DNA of 52,311 nt from NCBI GenBank assembly GCA_046714775.1, contig JBKKAF010000130.1, forward strand, positions 1-52,311. Direction: 5' to 3'. The translations under genes and the position numbers were made by a program. The notes beneath the pieces are model-generated. The model saw only the letters and a list, made by a program, of their open reading frames with translations. It searched no databases and was not told the DNA's origin. The stretch comes from Xanthobacteraceae bacterium. GTDB lineage: Bacteria > Pseudomonadota > Alphaproteobacteria > Rhizobiales > Xanthobacteraceae. This document shows, in pieces, positions 38,434 through 48,405 of this stretch. How positions within the stretch are numbered: the stretch's first letter is position 1; every line of letters starts with the position of its first letter.

Positions 38434-38886
38434 ATGACGGAAATCTTGTTCTATCATCTGCAACGCCAGCCGCTCGAACACGTGTTGCCGACGCTTCTGC
38501 AAAAATCTCTTGAACGCGGCTGGCGCGTTGTGGTGCAGGCCTCGTCGGAGGAGCGGGTCGAGGCGCTGGATGCCCATCTGTGGACCTATCGCGACGACGG
38601 CTTTCTGCCGCATGGCACCGGACGCGATGGCGACGCGCGCGAACAGCCGATCCTGCTGACCGTCAACGACGACAATCCGAATGATGCGACGGTGCGCTTC
38701 CTGGTCGATGGGGCACCGGTCCCGGCGGACGCCGAAAGCTATCAGCGCATCGTGCTGCTGTTCGATGGTGACGATCCCGATGCCGTCGCTGCCGCGCGCG
38801 AACGTTGGGCCGAGGCCAAGCAGAAGGGCTTCGACGCCACCTATTGGCAGCCCGACGAGCATGGCCGCTGGCAGCGCAAGGCATGA
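38434..38886 (+). CDS. holC: DNA polymerase III subunit chi
   Basis: MTEILFYHL..., about 150 aa, HolC-like, directly downstream of pepA as in E. coli. Confidence 0.85.
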   Translation: MTEILFYHLQRQPLEHVLPTLLQKSLERGWRVVVQASSEERVEALDAHLWTYRDDGFLPHGTGRDGDAREQPILLTVNDDNPNDATVRFLVDGAPVPADAESYQRIVLLFDGDDPDAVAAARERWAEAKQKGFDATYWQPDEHGRWQRKA

Positions 38887-39017
38887 GGCTCGCTATGGTT
38901 AACGGGGTTTTGTCACCCGCATCGCGAGACCGCCACAAAGACCATTGATCCAGGTCCGGTGGTTGACGCAATATCGCGGCCGCGTGGCCGCGGGTCGGGA
39001 CCGAACGTGTGGCGTAG

Positions 39018-39055
39018 GGGGAAGTGTGTTGCGTAAGGGGAAGTGTGTTGCGTAA
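39018..39055. repeat. two perfect tandem copies of a 19-bp unit (GGGGAAGTGTGTTGCGTAA), plus a degenerate partial copy at 39003-39016
   Basis: Copies at 39018-39036 and 39037-39055 are identical. They end 12 nt before ATG 39068 of the lipoprotein gene. Confidence 0.85.
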
Positions 39056-39067
39056 AGGGACTTGGCA

Positions 39068-39616
39068 ATGCAGCGATTGAGTCGAAACCTGATGCGCGTG
39101 GTCGCGGTCGCGACCTTGCCCGCGATCGGCGCTTGCTCGTCCGATATCAGCTTGAGCAATGTCAACCTGCTGCCCGGGTCGAGCGCGTTCAAGCCCGATT
39201 GGCTGACGTTTTCGGGCGGCAAGCAGGATTTCACGTTGCGGGAAGTGACCGCGGAAGATCTGGTCGGCCCGGACGGACAATGCGCCGCGACCGTAGCCGC
39301 CGCGCCAGCTAGCTCGGCGGGTGTTGATGGCACCGACGGTTCAGCCGCCCGGCAAAGCGCCACCATCGAAGGCGGCATCGCGCTGCAAATGGTGGAGTGC
39401 GAGGTGGTCAGGCGCGCCGGTGCGCCGGACAAGCTCGACTTCGGCACCAATGAACGCAATGAGCGCACCGTGGTCCTGCTTTATAACCGCGGTCCGCGGC
39501 CGGGCATCTATCGTTTTGCCGGCGGTCGCTTGGTTTCGATCGAGCGCGGAGCGGAACCGCCGGCCCCCGCAAAGCAAAAGCGTCAGGCGCCAGCCAAGAA
39601 GCCGGCCCGCGTATAG
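39068..39616 (+). CDS. conserved hypothetical lipoprotein
   Basis: AAGGGA 7 nt upstream of ATG 39068. Signal peptide with lipobox AIGAC. No recognisable domain. Confidence 0.55.
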   Translation: MQRLSRNLMRVVAVATLPAIGACSSDISLSNVNLLPGSSAFKPDWLTFSGGKQDFTLREVTAEDLVGPDGQCAATVAAAPASSAGVDGTDGSAARQSATIEGGIALQMVECEVVRRAGAPDKLDFGTNERNERTVVLLYNRGPRPGIYRFAGGRLVSIERGAEPPAPAKQKRQAPAKKPARV

Positions 39617-39804
39617 TCGCTGCCCCGCCTTCATTCGCGGCGCTTCGGAAACCGCAATCCGAAACACCAATCGGCCAAATCGCGCAAACACTTCAGACGC
39701 TGGTTCCGCGTAACTGCGGCTTTGTTCTTGGGCGCAAGGGGCGTGCGCGACGGCGCGCCCCTTCCTTGCTGGGCGGCCGAAGGCCGCAGGCTTCGCTGTG
39801 ACCC

Positions 39805-39833
39805 TTGCCGCTCCGCGGAACCGCCGCTATAAG
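39805..39833 (+). promoter_or_regulatory. candidate sigma70-type promoter for ndk
   Basis: TTGCCG (39805-39810), a 17-nt spacer, then TATAAG (39828-39833), about 50 nt upstream of the ndk ATG. Sequence match only. Confidence 0.3.
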
Positions 39834-39885
39834 CCGCCGCGATCCGATGCAATTCTCCTCCTTATTCGCTTAACGGACATTCCCC

Positions 39886-40308
<423 letters not shown>

Positions 40309-40473
40309 TGGGCCCCGGATCGAGCGACAGACCGTCGCACGGCGGCTGCTCGCGGCCGGTCCAGCGGGTCGCTATGGTGGCAAGATAGGGCTTGAAACCC
40401 GGTAGCCGACAGCACGACGCGGTTCGGGTTCCTGCGCAGGCGCAATCCGCCGGCGCAGGACGACTGACGAAAG

Positions 40474-41331
40474 GTGGATCAGGTGGAACTGCTATGGAAT
40501 GAGATCACGCATACGGCCTATTGGCTGGCCGCGTTGCAGATCATCTGGATCAACATCCTGCTGTCCGGCGACAATGCCGTGGTGATCGCATTGGCGTGCC
40601 GCATGCTGCCTCCGCGTCAACGCTTTTGGGGCATGATGATCGGTGCCGGCGTCGCGGTTCTGTTGCGGATCATTTTCACGATGATCGTCGCCCAGATCAT
40701 GGCGTTCCCGTTCCTGAAATTCGTCGGCGGCGTCCTGCTGTTATGGATCGCGGTGAAGCTGCTGGTTCCCGAGGAGGATCACGGTGAAGGCAAGGTGGCC
40801 GCCGCCGACAGTTTGTGGCGGGCGGTGCGGATCATCGCCATTGCCGACATCGTGATGAGTCTGGACAACGTGATCGCGATCGCCGGCGCGGCGGATACCG
40901 CGGCGCTACGGATGAGCGGGGCCGTGGCCGCCCACCAGGCCGCGGAGCTGGCCGCCTATGTAAAGTTTTCGCTGATCGCCTTCGGTCTCGCCACCAGCGT
41001 GCCGTTGATCATTGCCGGTAGCGCCTTGCTGATGGCGGTGCTTGATCGGCTGCCCATTCTGGTCTGGGCCGGCGCGGGATTGCTGGGCTGGATATCCGGC
41101 GAGATCATGATCAAGGACACCGCGGTCGCCGGCTGGCTCGGTCCCGACCTGGTGCACCGCTACGAGTATTGGGCGGCCGCGGCCGGCGTCGTGTTTGTCC
41201 TCGGCCTGGGCTGGCTGATCCGTCGCGCCCGTCACAAGACGATGCTGGAACAGCCGCTGATCCTCGATCCGCCGGGGCCCGAAGAGTTCCCGCATCCGCA
41301 TCCGGAGACGCCGGAAAAAGTGGGCCGCTAG
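40474..41331 (+). CDS. TerC/YjbE-family integral membrane protein
   Basis: Duplicated LSGDNAVVIA / MSLDNVIAIAGAA motifs and multiple TM segments. Start is either GTG 40474 or GTG 40483. Confidence 0.8.
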   Translation: MDQVELLWNEITHTAYWLAALQIIWINILLSGDNAVVIALACRMLPPRQRFWGMMIGAGVAVLLRIIFTMIVAQIMAFPFLKFVGGVLLLWIAVKLLVPEEDHGEGKVAAADSLWRAVRIIAIADIVMSLDNVIAIAGAADTAALRMSGAVAAHQAAELAAYVKFSLIAFGLATSVPLIIAGSALLMAVLDRLPILVWAGAGLLGWISGEIMIKDTAVAGWLGPDLVHRYEYWAAAAGVVFVLGLGWLIRRARHKTMLEQPLILDPPGPEEFPHPHPETPEKVGR

Positions 41332-41641
41332 CGCGACCCGCCCCCCGATAACGCGCGGCATGCTTTGCGTTTGCTCGCGCGGGTTTCGCAAATTGAAAAC
41401 GAGGTCTGCTAAGGGCGGTCTACGTTGGCAACGGCCAGCGGCAGAGCCTTGCTAAGGTCGTATTTTTCATATTTTCTTTGTGTACAATCGGATTTTGGCC
41501 GGGCCGGCCGTGGCGTCGCTTGAATGCAATCGTTTCGGATTTCCCCAAAACCCGAGTTGTGCGCGGTTCGCAGCGAGTGCGATCGCGTAATCGGCAACCT
41601 CAGACTGATAACTCAGACTGATCTAGACTGGGAGACAGACG

Positions 41642-41845
41642 ATGCAAAAGGGCACCGTCAAATGGTTCAATCCAACTAAAGGCTACGGGTTCATCCAACC
41701 TTCGAACGGCGACAAGGACGTCTTCGTCCATATCTCGGCGGTGGAGCGGGCTGGCCTCAGCACCCTCAACGAAGGGCAGACTGTCGAGTACGAGCTCGTG
41801 AGCAATCGCGGCAAGTCATCGGCGGAAAATCTCAAAGTGTCCTGA
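41642..41845 (+). CDS. cspA: cold-shock protein (CspA family)
   Basis: RNP1 KGYGFI and RNP2 VFVHI. 67 aa. GGGAGA 6 nt upstream. Confidence 0.93.
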   Translation: MQKGTVKWFNPTKGYGFIQPSNGDKDVFVHISAVERAGLSTLNEGQTVEYELVSNRGKSSAENLKVS

Positions 41846-41893
41846 CGCGGGGAGGCCGAGTCCGGCCAAGACCCTTAGCCAGTCATTCCCGTA

Positions 41894-41925
41894 GCCCCCG
41901 GCCTCGCGCCGGGGGTTTTATTTTT
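41894..41925 (+). terminator. Rho-independent terminator of cspA
   Basis: Stem CCCCCGGC/GCCGGGGG (41895-41902 with 41908-41915), a 5-nt loop, then TTTTATTTTT (41916-41925). The convergent purN stop codon lies inside the T-tract. Confidence 0.7.
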
Positions 41926-42553
41926 GGGTCAATCCGGCGATGTCGATATGGCATTGGCCGTCGATCATCCTGGCATGTCCGCCGGCAACGAGCTTGAGCG
42001 CCATCGGATAGAGCCGGTGTTCGGCCTCAAGCACGCGGGCGGCCAAGGTCTCGGCGGTATCGCCATCGAGCACCGGCACCGTGCTCTGGGCGATGATCGG
42101 TCCGGCATCCATGTCCGCGACCACGAAATGAACCGTCGCGCCGTGGTTCTCCACGCCCGCGGCCAGTGCGCGCTCATGAGTATTGAGGCCCTTGAAGTCA
42201 GGCAGCACCGACGGGTGGATGTTCAGCAGGCGGCCCTGCCAGCGCTCGACGAACCACGGCGTCAGCAAGCGCATGAAGCCGGCAAGGCAAACGAGTTCGA
42301 TGTGGTGATCTTCCAACACGGCCTGCAGCGCCCGCTCGAAACTCTCGCGGTCCTTGCCGTGAACCGCGTGATCGACCACCGCACTGGCGATCCCGGCGTT
42401 GCGCGCTGTCGCGAGACCGGCTGCGTCGGGACGGTTGGAGACGATGAGGGCGATCTCCGCGGGATAGGCCGGATTCTTCGCCGCCTCGATCAGCGCCGCC
42501 ATGTTGGAGCCGCGGCCGGTGATCAGGATCGCTACGCGCTTGCGGGCCATCAC
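41918..42553 (-). CDS. purN: phosphoribosylglycinamide formyltransferase
   Basis: RVAILITGRGSNM, LAGFMRLL, NIHPSVLP. Confidence 0.93.
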   Translation of the reverse strand: MMARKRVAILITGRGSNMAALIEAAKNPAYPAEIALIVSNRPDAAGLATARNAGIASAVVDHAVHGKDRESFERALQAVLEDHHIELVCLAGFMRLLTPWFVERWQGRLLNIHPSVLPDFKGLNTHERALAAGVENHGATVHFVVADMDAGPIIAQSTVPVLDGDTAETLAARVLEAEHRLYPMALKLVAGGHARMIDGQCHIDIAGLTQK

Positions 42554-43630
42554 TCACCCGAGATTGAGGCGCCCGGAAAAGGCGACGCGCCCGGCATTGT
42601 CGTCGATCGGTACGATCGCCCCGAGCCGTGTCACCGTCTCGCCGTTTCGGCTCAATACCGCCGCCACGCCGTCGGCGTGTTCGGCATCCACCACTGCGAT
42701 CATCCCGATGCCGCAGTTGAAGGTGCGCAGCATTTCGCCCTCCGCCACGCCGCCGGTGGCGGCGAGCCAGCGAAACACCGGTGCCACCGGAACGCTGTCG
42801 AGATCGATCGCGGCGCCGAGGCCCTGCGGCAACACGCGCGGAATGTTGTCGGGGAATCCACCGCCGGTGATATGGGCCAGCGCCTTAACGGCTTTGGTCT
42901 CACGAATGGCGGCCAGACAGGATTTCACATAGATGCGGGTCGGCGTGAGCAGGGCTTCGCCAAGCGTGCGCGCCTTGTCGAATGGCGCCGGCGCATCCCA
43001 GAGGAGGCCGCTCTTGGCGACGACGCCGCGGGCCAGCGAATAACCGTTCGAATGCACGCCCGATGACGCGATGCCGAGCACGATATCGCCGGCTGCCATG
43101 TCGCCGCGCGGCAGGATCGTGCCGCGTTCCGCCGCACCGACCGCAAAGCCGGCGAGATCGTAGTCGCCCGGCTGATAAAGGCCCGGCATTTCCGCGGTCT
43201 CGCCGCCGATCAGCGCGCAGCCGGCCTGCCGGCAGCCTTCGGCGACGCCTTTGACCACTTGCGCGCCGACCTCCGGCGCCAGTTTTCCGCAGGCAAAATA
43301 GTCGAGGAAGAAAAGCGGCTCCGCCCCCTGAACGACAAGATCGTTGACCGACATCGCGACCAGGTCGATGCCGATCGTGTCGTGCCGGCCGGTTTCGATC
43401 GCGATCTTGACCTTGGTGCCGACTCCGTCGGTGGCGGCGACCAGAACCGGGTCGGAAAAGCCGGCGCGCTTGAGGTCGAACAAGCCGCCAAAACCGCCGA
43501 TCTCGGCATCGGCGCCGGCGCGTGCGGTGGAGCGGACCAGCGGCTTGATCAGCTCCACCATGCGGTTGCCGGCATCAATATCGACACCGGCCTCGGCATA
43601 GGTGAGGCCTTCGGGATTTTTGTTGGTCAT
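42554..43630 (-). CDS. purM: phosphoribosylformylglycinamidine cyclo-ligase
   Basis: [27 protein letters not shown]. 358 aa. Confidence 0.95.
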   Translation of the reverse strand: MTNKNPEGLTYAEAGVDIDAGNRMVELIKPLVRSTARAGADAEIGGFGGLFDLKRAGFSDPVLVAATDGVGTKVKIAIETGRHDTIGIDLVAMSVNDLVVQGAEPLFFLDYFACGKLAPEVGAQVVKGVAEGCRQAGCALIGGETAEMPGLYQPGDYDLAGFAVGAAERGTILPRGDMAAGDIVLGIASSGVHSNGYSLARGVVAKSGLLWDAPAPFDKARTLGEALLTPTRIYVKSCLAAIRETKAVKALAHITGGGFPDNIPRVLPQGLGAAIDLDSVPVAPVFRWLAATGGVAEGEMLRTFNCGIGMIAVVDAEHADGVAAVLSRNGETVTRLGAIVPIDDNAGRVAFSGRLNLG

Positions 43631-43769
43631 TCGGTTGTCTCGCTCGCGGCCGGGTGGTACGGCGGAATCGCACGCTGTGCAATGGCTCGATCGCCGCTAT
43701 ACTGGAAATTGGAAGGAAGCATGCGCCGGTCCGCGGAAACAGGCCGGCGCATGAGCTGGGGCCGCCGGT

Positions 43770-44315
43770 TTGAGTATTCCGAATCTCATTACGCTTGCCC
43801 GCATTCTGCTGGTGCCCGTCATGGTCTGGGCGATCACCGCGGATGCGATGAAGATTGCCTTTCTGTTGTTTTTGGTTGCTGGGCTGAGCGATCTGATCGA
43901 CGGTTTTCTGGCCAAACGCTTCGGCATGGCGACCGAGCTCGGTGCCTATCTGGATCCGCTCGCCGACAAGGCGATGATCGTCTCGATCTATGTCGCGCTC
44001 GGCATCGCCGAGGCGATACCGCGCTGGCTGGTCATCCTGGTGGTCTCGCGCGACATCATGATCGTCAGCGCCGTGATCCTGTCCTGGGTTGTCGGCAAGC
44101 CGGTCAGGCTCAAGCCGTTGCTTGTCTCCAAGCTCAATACGCTCGCGCAGATCGTGCTGGCGCTGCTGGTGCTGGGCTCGCGCGGCTACCAGTTTGACGC
44201 CGAGCCGGTGCTGACCCTTTTCGTGGGGCTGGTCGCCGCCTTGACCTTGCTGTCGGTCGCCTTCTATGTCGCCGAATGGGTCCGCCATATGAACGCCGCG
44301 GATTCCCCGCAATGA
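43770..44315 (+). CDS. CDP-alcohol phosphatidyltransferase-family protein
   Basis: PNLITLARI followed by the family motif D-x2-DG-x2-A(K)R-x8-G-x3-D-x3-D (SDLIDGFLAKRFGMATELGAYLDPLADK). Apparent TTG start. Confidence 0.8.
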   Translation: MSIPNLITLARILLVPVMVWAITADAMKIAFLLFLVAGLSDLIDGFLAKRFGMATELGAYLDPLADKAMIVSIYVALGIAEAIPRWLVILVVSRDIMIVSAVILSWVVGKPVRLKPLLVSKLNTLAQIVLALLVLGSRGYQFDAEPVLTLFVGLVAALTLLSVAFYVAEWVRHMNAADSPQ

Positions 44316-44356
44316 GCCGGTGAGGCCGACGGGTTGTCGGGTCACGGAAGGATGCG

Positions 44357-45415
44357 ATGAGCTTTGAGCGGCAGCTGACGTTTTGGATCGCGACTTTCGT
44401 CGTGGTGGTTTTGCTACTGTGGCTGTTGAGCGATATCCTGCTTCCGTTCATCGCCGGCACGGCGCTCGCTTATTTGCTCAATCCGCTGACCAATCGGCTC
44501 GAGCGCCTCGGTCTCAATCGCACGCTGGCGGCGCTTGTCATCGTGAGCGTCGTGGTGCTGGCCTTCGTCTTCCTGATCCTGCTGATCGTCCCGATCGTGG
44601 TGGACCAACTGTCCGCGCTGATTTCCAACATTCCGGGATATGTCACGCGCCTGCAAGCGCTGCTGGCGGATCCAAGCCGCCCGTGGCTGGGCCGCGTCAT
44701 CGGCTCGGGTGATACCAGCAAGACCATCGGGGATTTGGTCACCCAAGGGGCGGGGTGGCTGGCGGCATTCCTGCGCTCGCTGTGGTCGGGCGGCCGCGCG
44801 CTGATCTCGGTGTTTTCGCTGATGGTCGTGACGCCGGTGGTGGCGTTCTATCTGATCTGCGATTGGCCGCGCATGATCGCGACCGTAGACAAATGGGTGC
44901 CGCTGCCGCACCGCGATACCGTGCATGCGCTGGCGCGTGAAATCGACACCGCCATCGCCGGCTTCGTCCGCGGCCAGACCGCCGTCTGTCTCATTCTGGG
45001 CTCGTTCTACGCGGTGTCGCTCTCGCTGGTCGGGCTCAATTTCGGGCTGCTGATCGGCCTGATCTCCGGCCTCATCAGCTTCATCCCCTATGTCGGATCG
45101 ATGACCGGGCTGGTGCTGTCGCTCGGCGTCGCTATCGCGCAGTTCTGGCCGGACTGGACATGGATCCTGATCGTGCTCGGTATTTTCATGATCGGGCAAT
45201 TCGTCGAAGGCAATGTACTGGCGCCGAAGCTCGTCGGCCAAAGCGTCGGTCTGCATCCGGTGTGGCTGATCTTTGCGATGTTTGCCTTTGGATATTTGTT
45301 CGGTTTTGTCGGTCTGTTGCTCGCCGTCCCGCTGGCGGCTGCGGTCGGAGTGCTGTCGCGCTTTGCGCTGCGGAAGTATCTGGCAAGCCCGCTCCATACC
45401 GGCAAGCCGGGTTGA
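44357..45415 (+). CDS. AI-2E (PerM/YhhT) family transporter
   Basis: 352-aa polytopic protein with family-like FIPYVG...GN...PKLVG...HP segments. Confidence 0.8.
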   Translation: MSFERQLTFWIATFVVVVLLLWLLSDILLPFIAGTALAYLLNPLTNRLERLGLNRTLAALVIVSVVVLAFVFLILLIVPIVVDQLSALISNIPGYVTRLQALLADPSRPWLGRVIGSGDTSKTIGDLVTQGAGWLAAFLRSLWSGGRALISVFSLMVVTPVVAFYLICDWPRMIATVDKWVPLPHRDTVHALAREIDTAIAGFVRGQTAVCLILGSFYAVSLSLVGLNFGLLIGLISGLISFIPYVGSMTGLVLSLGVAIAQFWPDWTWILIVLGIFMIGQFVEGNVLAPKLVGQSVGLHPVWLIFAMFAFGYLFGFVGLLLAVPLAAAVGVLSRFALRKYLASPLHTGKPG

Positions 45416-45420
45416 CCGCC

Positions 45421-46104
45421 GTGCCCATCAGTCGCGCTCCGCGGCAGCTTGCACTTTCGCTCGATCATGCCGAGAGCTACGCGCGCGACGATTTTTTGAG
45501 CGGACCCTCCAATGCGGCGGCGCTGGCTCTGATCGAAAGCTGGCCCGATTGGCCCGACCGCGCAGTGATGCTGGTCGGTCCTGAAGGCTCCGGAAAGAGC
45601 CACCTCGCCGCAATCTGGGCGGCAGAGGCGGGGGCCCGGTCCGTCGCCGCCCATTCGCTCGAGCAAGCCGCGGTGCCGATGGCTTTGGCGACCGGTGCGC
45701 TGGTCGTCGATGAGGTAGCGCCGGGCGCCCTCGATGAGCGCGCGCTCTTCCATCTGCTCAATCTCGTGCGGGAAGAACGAGCGTTCGTTTTGCTGACCGC
45801 GCGCACGCCGCCGGCCGGGTGGGACTTGGAGATCCGCGACCTTGGTTCCCGGTTGAAGGCGCTGCCTGTGGTGGCCACGGCGGCGCCCGACGACGGCCTG
45901 CTGCGCGCGGTCCTGGTGAAGCTGTTTGCCGATCGTCAGTTGGCTGTCGATGAGGCCCTGGTCGGCTATGTAGCCACCCGGATCGAACGCTCGTTTGCGG
46001 CCGCGCGCGACATTGTGGCCCGGCTCGATCAGGAAGCGATGCGCCAGCAGCGCGCGTTAACCAGGGTGCTGGCGGCCGAGGTCTTGCGCGCCGACGAGGC
46101 TTGA
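45421..46104 (+). CDS. hdaA: DnaA regulatory inactivator HdaA-like protein
   Basis: QLALSL N-terminus, AAA-like GPEGSGKSHLAAIW, DnaA-domain-III-like remainder. Start is GTG 45421 or TTG 45412. The ORF-track start at 45160 lies inside the transporter gene. Confidence 0.7.
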   Translation: MPISRAPRQLALSLDHAESYARDDFLSGPSNAAALALIESWPDWPDRAVMLVGPEGSGKSHLAAIWAAEAGARSVAAHSLEQAAVPMALATGALVVDEVAPGALDERALFHLLNLVREERAFVLLTARTPPAGWDLEIRDLGSRLKALPVVATAAPDDGLLRAVLVKLFADRQLAVDEALVGYVATRIERSFAAARDIVARLDQEAMRQQRALTRVLAAEVLRADEA

Positions 46105-46185
46105 CGGGACGCCCGGCGCGGGCGCGTCATGTCATAGGACCGTCATGAATGGCGGCCATCATGTTCCCAATCGAAATTTCGGTTC

Positions 46186-48405
46186 ATGGCAGATCGCGCA
46201 CAAGCAGCTGTTATTGCTGAAGAAACCGCGTCGCCGACGGCCCCGGAGGGGACCGCGGGCGCGGTGGTGTCTGGGCTTGCCGCCAGCCCCGACCGCTTCA
46301 TCAACCGGGAACTTTCCTGGCTGCATTTCAATCGCCGCGTGCTCGAGGAAGCCGAGAACGCGTCGCATCCTTTGCTGGAGCGCATCCGGTTTCTGTCGAT
46401 TTCGGCAAACAACCTCGACGAATTCTTCATGGTGCGTGTCGCCGGCCTCAAGGCGCAGTTGCGTGCCGGCATTACCAGCAAGAGTCCGGACGGTCTGACG
46501 CCCGCCGAGCAGCTCACACGAATTTCAGAGGCGGTGTCGATACTGGCGGGCGATCAGCAGAAACGCTGGCAGGAGCTTCGCAAAGCGCTCGCCGAACAGG
46601 AAATCGTGCTGGTCGACGGCCCTGATGTGACCAAGAAAGAGAAGACGTGGCTGGAGGATCACTTCCTGCGCCATATCTTTCCTTTGTTGACGCCGCTCGC
46701 TATCGACCCGGCGCATCCGTTTCCGTTCATCCCCAATCTCGGCTTCACCATGGCGCTGGCCCTGGCGCGCGCCAGCGACGGCAAGGTGATGAATGCGCTG
46801 ATCCGAATTCCAGGCAAGGTCGAGCGCTTCATCCGGCTGCCTGCCGGCGAAGGATCGTCCGCCGCACGGCTCATCACACTCGAGCAGGCGACCGTGCTCT
46901 TCATCGGCCGCTTGTTTCCCGGCTATGCGGTGAAAGGGCAGGGCGCTTTCCGGGTCATTCGCGACTCGGAAGTGGAAATCGAGGAAGAGGCGGAAGACCT
47001 CGTTCGCGTGTTTGAAACGGCGCTCAAACGGCGACGGCGCGGATCGGTGATCCGGCTCGAGCTGCAGGCGGCGATGCCGGCCGAGCTGCGGCGCTTCGTG
47101 GCACGGGCGCTGGCGGTCGGCGATGACGAGCTGTTCGTGGTCGACGGGATGCTCGCGCTCAGCGAATTGGTGCAGATTACCGGTGTCGACCGGCCGGATC
47201 TGGAATTCGTGCCCTATAATCCGCGCTTTCCGGAACGCATTCGCGAACAGGGCGGCGACTGCTTCGCGGCGATCCGCCAGAAGGATTTGATCGTCCATCA
47301 CCCCTACGAGTCATTCGACGTCGTAGTGCAGTTCCTGCAACAGGCCGCACGGGATCCCAATGTCGTCGCGATCAAGCAAACGCTTTACCGGACCTCGGCT
47401 GAATCGCCGATCATCCGGGCGCTGATCGAGGCGGCGGAAGCGGGCAAGTCGGTGACGGCTCTGGTGGAGCTGAAAGCGCGCTTCGACGAGGAGGCCAATA
47501 TCCGTTGGGCGCGCGATCTCGAACGCGCGGGCGCCCAGGTGGTGTTCGGTTTCATCGAACTGAAGATCCACGCCAAGCTCTCGCTGGTGGTGCGGCGCGA
47601 GGCCGGGGCGTTGACCTCATATGTCCATGTCGGCACCGGCAATTATCATCCGATGACGGCGCGCATCTATACCGACCTGTCGTTTTTCACCTCCGATCCG
47701 GCTGTCGCGCGCGACGTCGGTCTGGTGTTCAATTACGTCACCGGCTACGCGGAGCCCGCCGAACTGCAGAAGCTTGCGGTTTCGCCGGTCTCGCTGCGGC
47801 AGCGCATCCTCGACCACATCGCGCAGGAAATCGCGCACGCCAAAGCCGGCCGCCCGGCGGCGATCTGGATGAAGATGAATGCGCTGGTCGATCCCGATAT
47901 CATCGACGCGCTGTACCAGGCTTCGGCGGCGGGGGTCGCCATCGACCTCGAGGTGCGCGGCATCTGTTGCCTGCGCCCGGCCGTGGCCGGTCTTTCCGAA
48001 AATATCCGGGTCAAGTCGATTGTCGGCCGCTTTCTCGAACACGGCCGCATCTATTGCTTCGGCATGGGGCACGGGCTCCCGCATCCCAAATCCGCGATCT
48101 ATATCTCCTCGGCCGATATGATGCCGCGCAATCTGGACCGTCGGGTAGAGGTTCTGTGCCCGATCCTCAATCCGACCGTGCATGAGCAGGTGCAGGATCA
48201 GATCATGGTGGCCAACTTCAAGGACAATGAACAAAGCTGGATCCTGTTGCCCGATGGCACGTCGAATCGCGTAAAAGCGGCGGCGGGCGAGGAACCGTTC
48301 AACGCTCAGAAATATTTCATGACCAATCCGAGTCTCTCAGGCCGTGGCAAATCGCTCAAAGAATCGCCGCCGCGCAGTCTCATCCGGAGGCTCGAGCGCG
48401 GCTAA
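46186..48405 (+). CDS. ppk: polyphosphate kinase 1
   Basis: 739 aa. [16 protein letters not shown], the autophosphorylated-His region, and two PLD-like HxK motifs (e.g. IHAKLSLV). Confidence 0.95.
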   Translation: MADRAQAAVIAEETASPTAPEGTAGAVVSGLAASPDRFINRELSWLHFNRRVLEEAENASHPLLERIRFLSISANNLDEFFMVRVAGLKAQLRAGITSKSPDGLTPAEQLTRISEAVSILAGDQQKRWQELRKALAEQEIVLVDGPDVTKKEKTWLEDHFLRHIFPLLTPLAIDPAHPFPFIPNLGFTMALALARASDGKVMNALIRIPGKVERFIRLPAGEGSSAARLITLEQATVLFIGRLFPGYAVKGQGAFRVIRDSEVEIEEEAEDLVRVFETALKRRRRGSVIRLELQAAMPAELRRFVARALAVGDDELFVVDGMLALSELVQITGVDRPDLEFVPYNPRFPERIREQGGDCFAAIRQKDLIVHHPYESFDVVVQFLQQAARDPNVVAIKQTLYRTSAESPIIRALIEAAEAGKSVTALVELKARFDEEANIRWARDLERAGAQVVFGFIELKIHAKLSLVVRREAGALTSYVHVGTGNYHPMTARIYTDLSFFTSDPAVARDVGLVFNYVTGYAEPAELQKLAVSPVSLRQRILDHIAQEIAHAKAGRPAAIWMKMNALVDPDIIDALYQASAAGVAIDLEVRGICCLRPAVAGLSENIRVKSIVGRFLEHGRIYCFGMGHGLPHPKSAIYISSADMMPRNLDRRVEVLCPILNPTVHEQVQDQIMVANFKDNEQSWILLPDGTSNRVKAAAGEEPFNAQKYFMTNPSLSGRGKSLKESPPRSLIRRLERG

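Noticed and set aside
40309-40473. Looked for a yybP-ykoY (Mn2+) riboswitch upstream of the TerC-family gene.
   Set aside because: I could not find the conserved GGGGAGUAG / UUGACA / GAGA-type elements of that riboswitch in either the 165-bp spacer or its flanks.
45160-45411. Upstream 84 codons of the hdaA ORF, overlapping the AI-2E transporter gene.
   Set aside because: It lies entirely inside the well-supported transporter CDS in another frame. HdaA homology starts near 45421.
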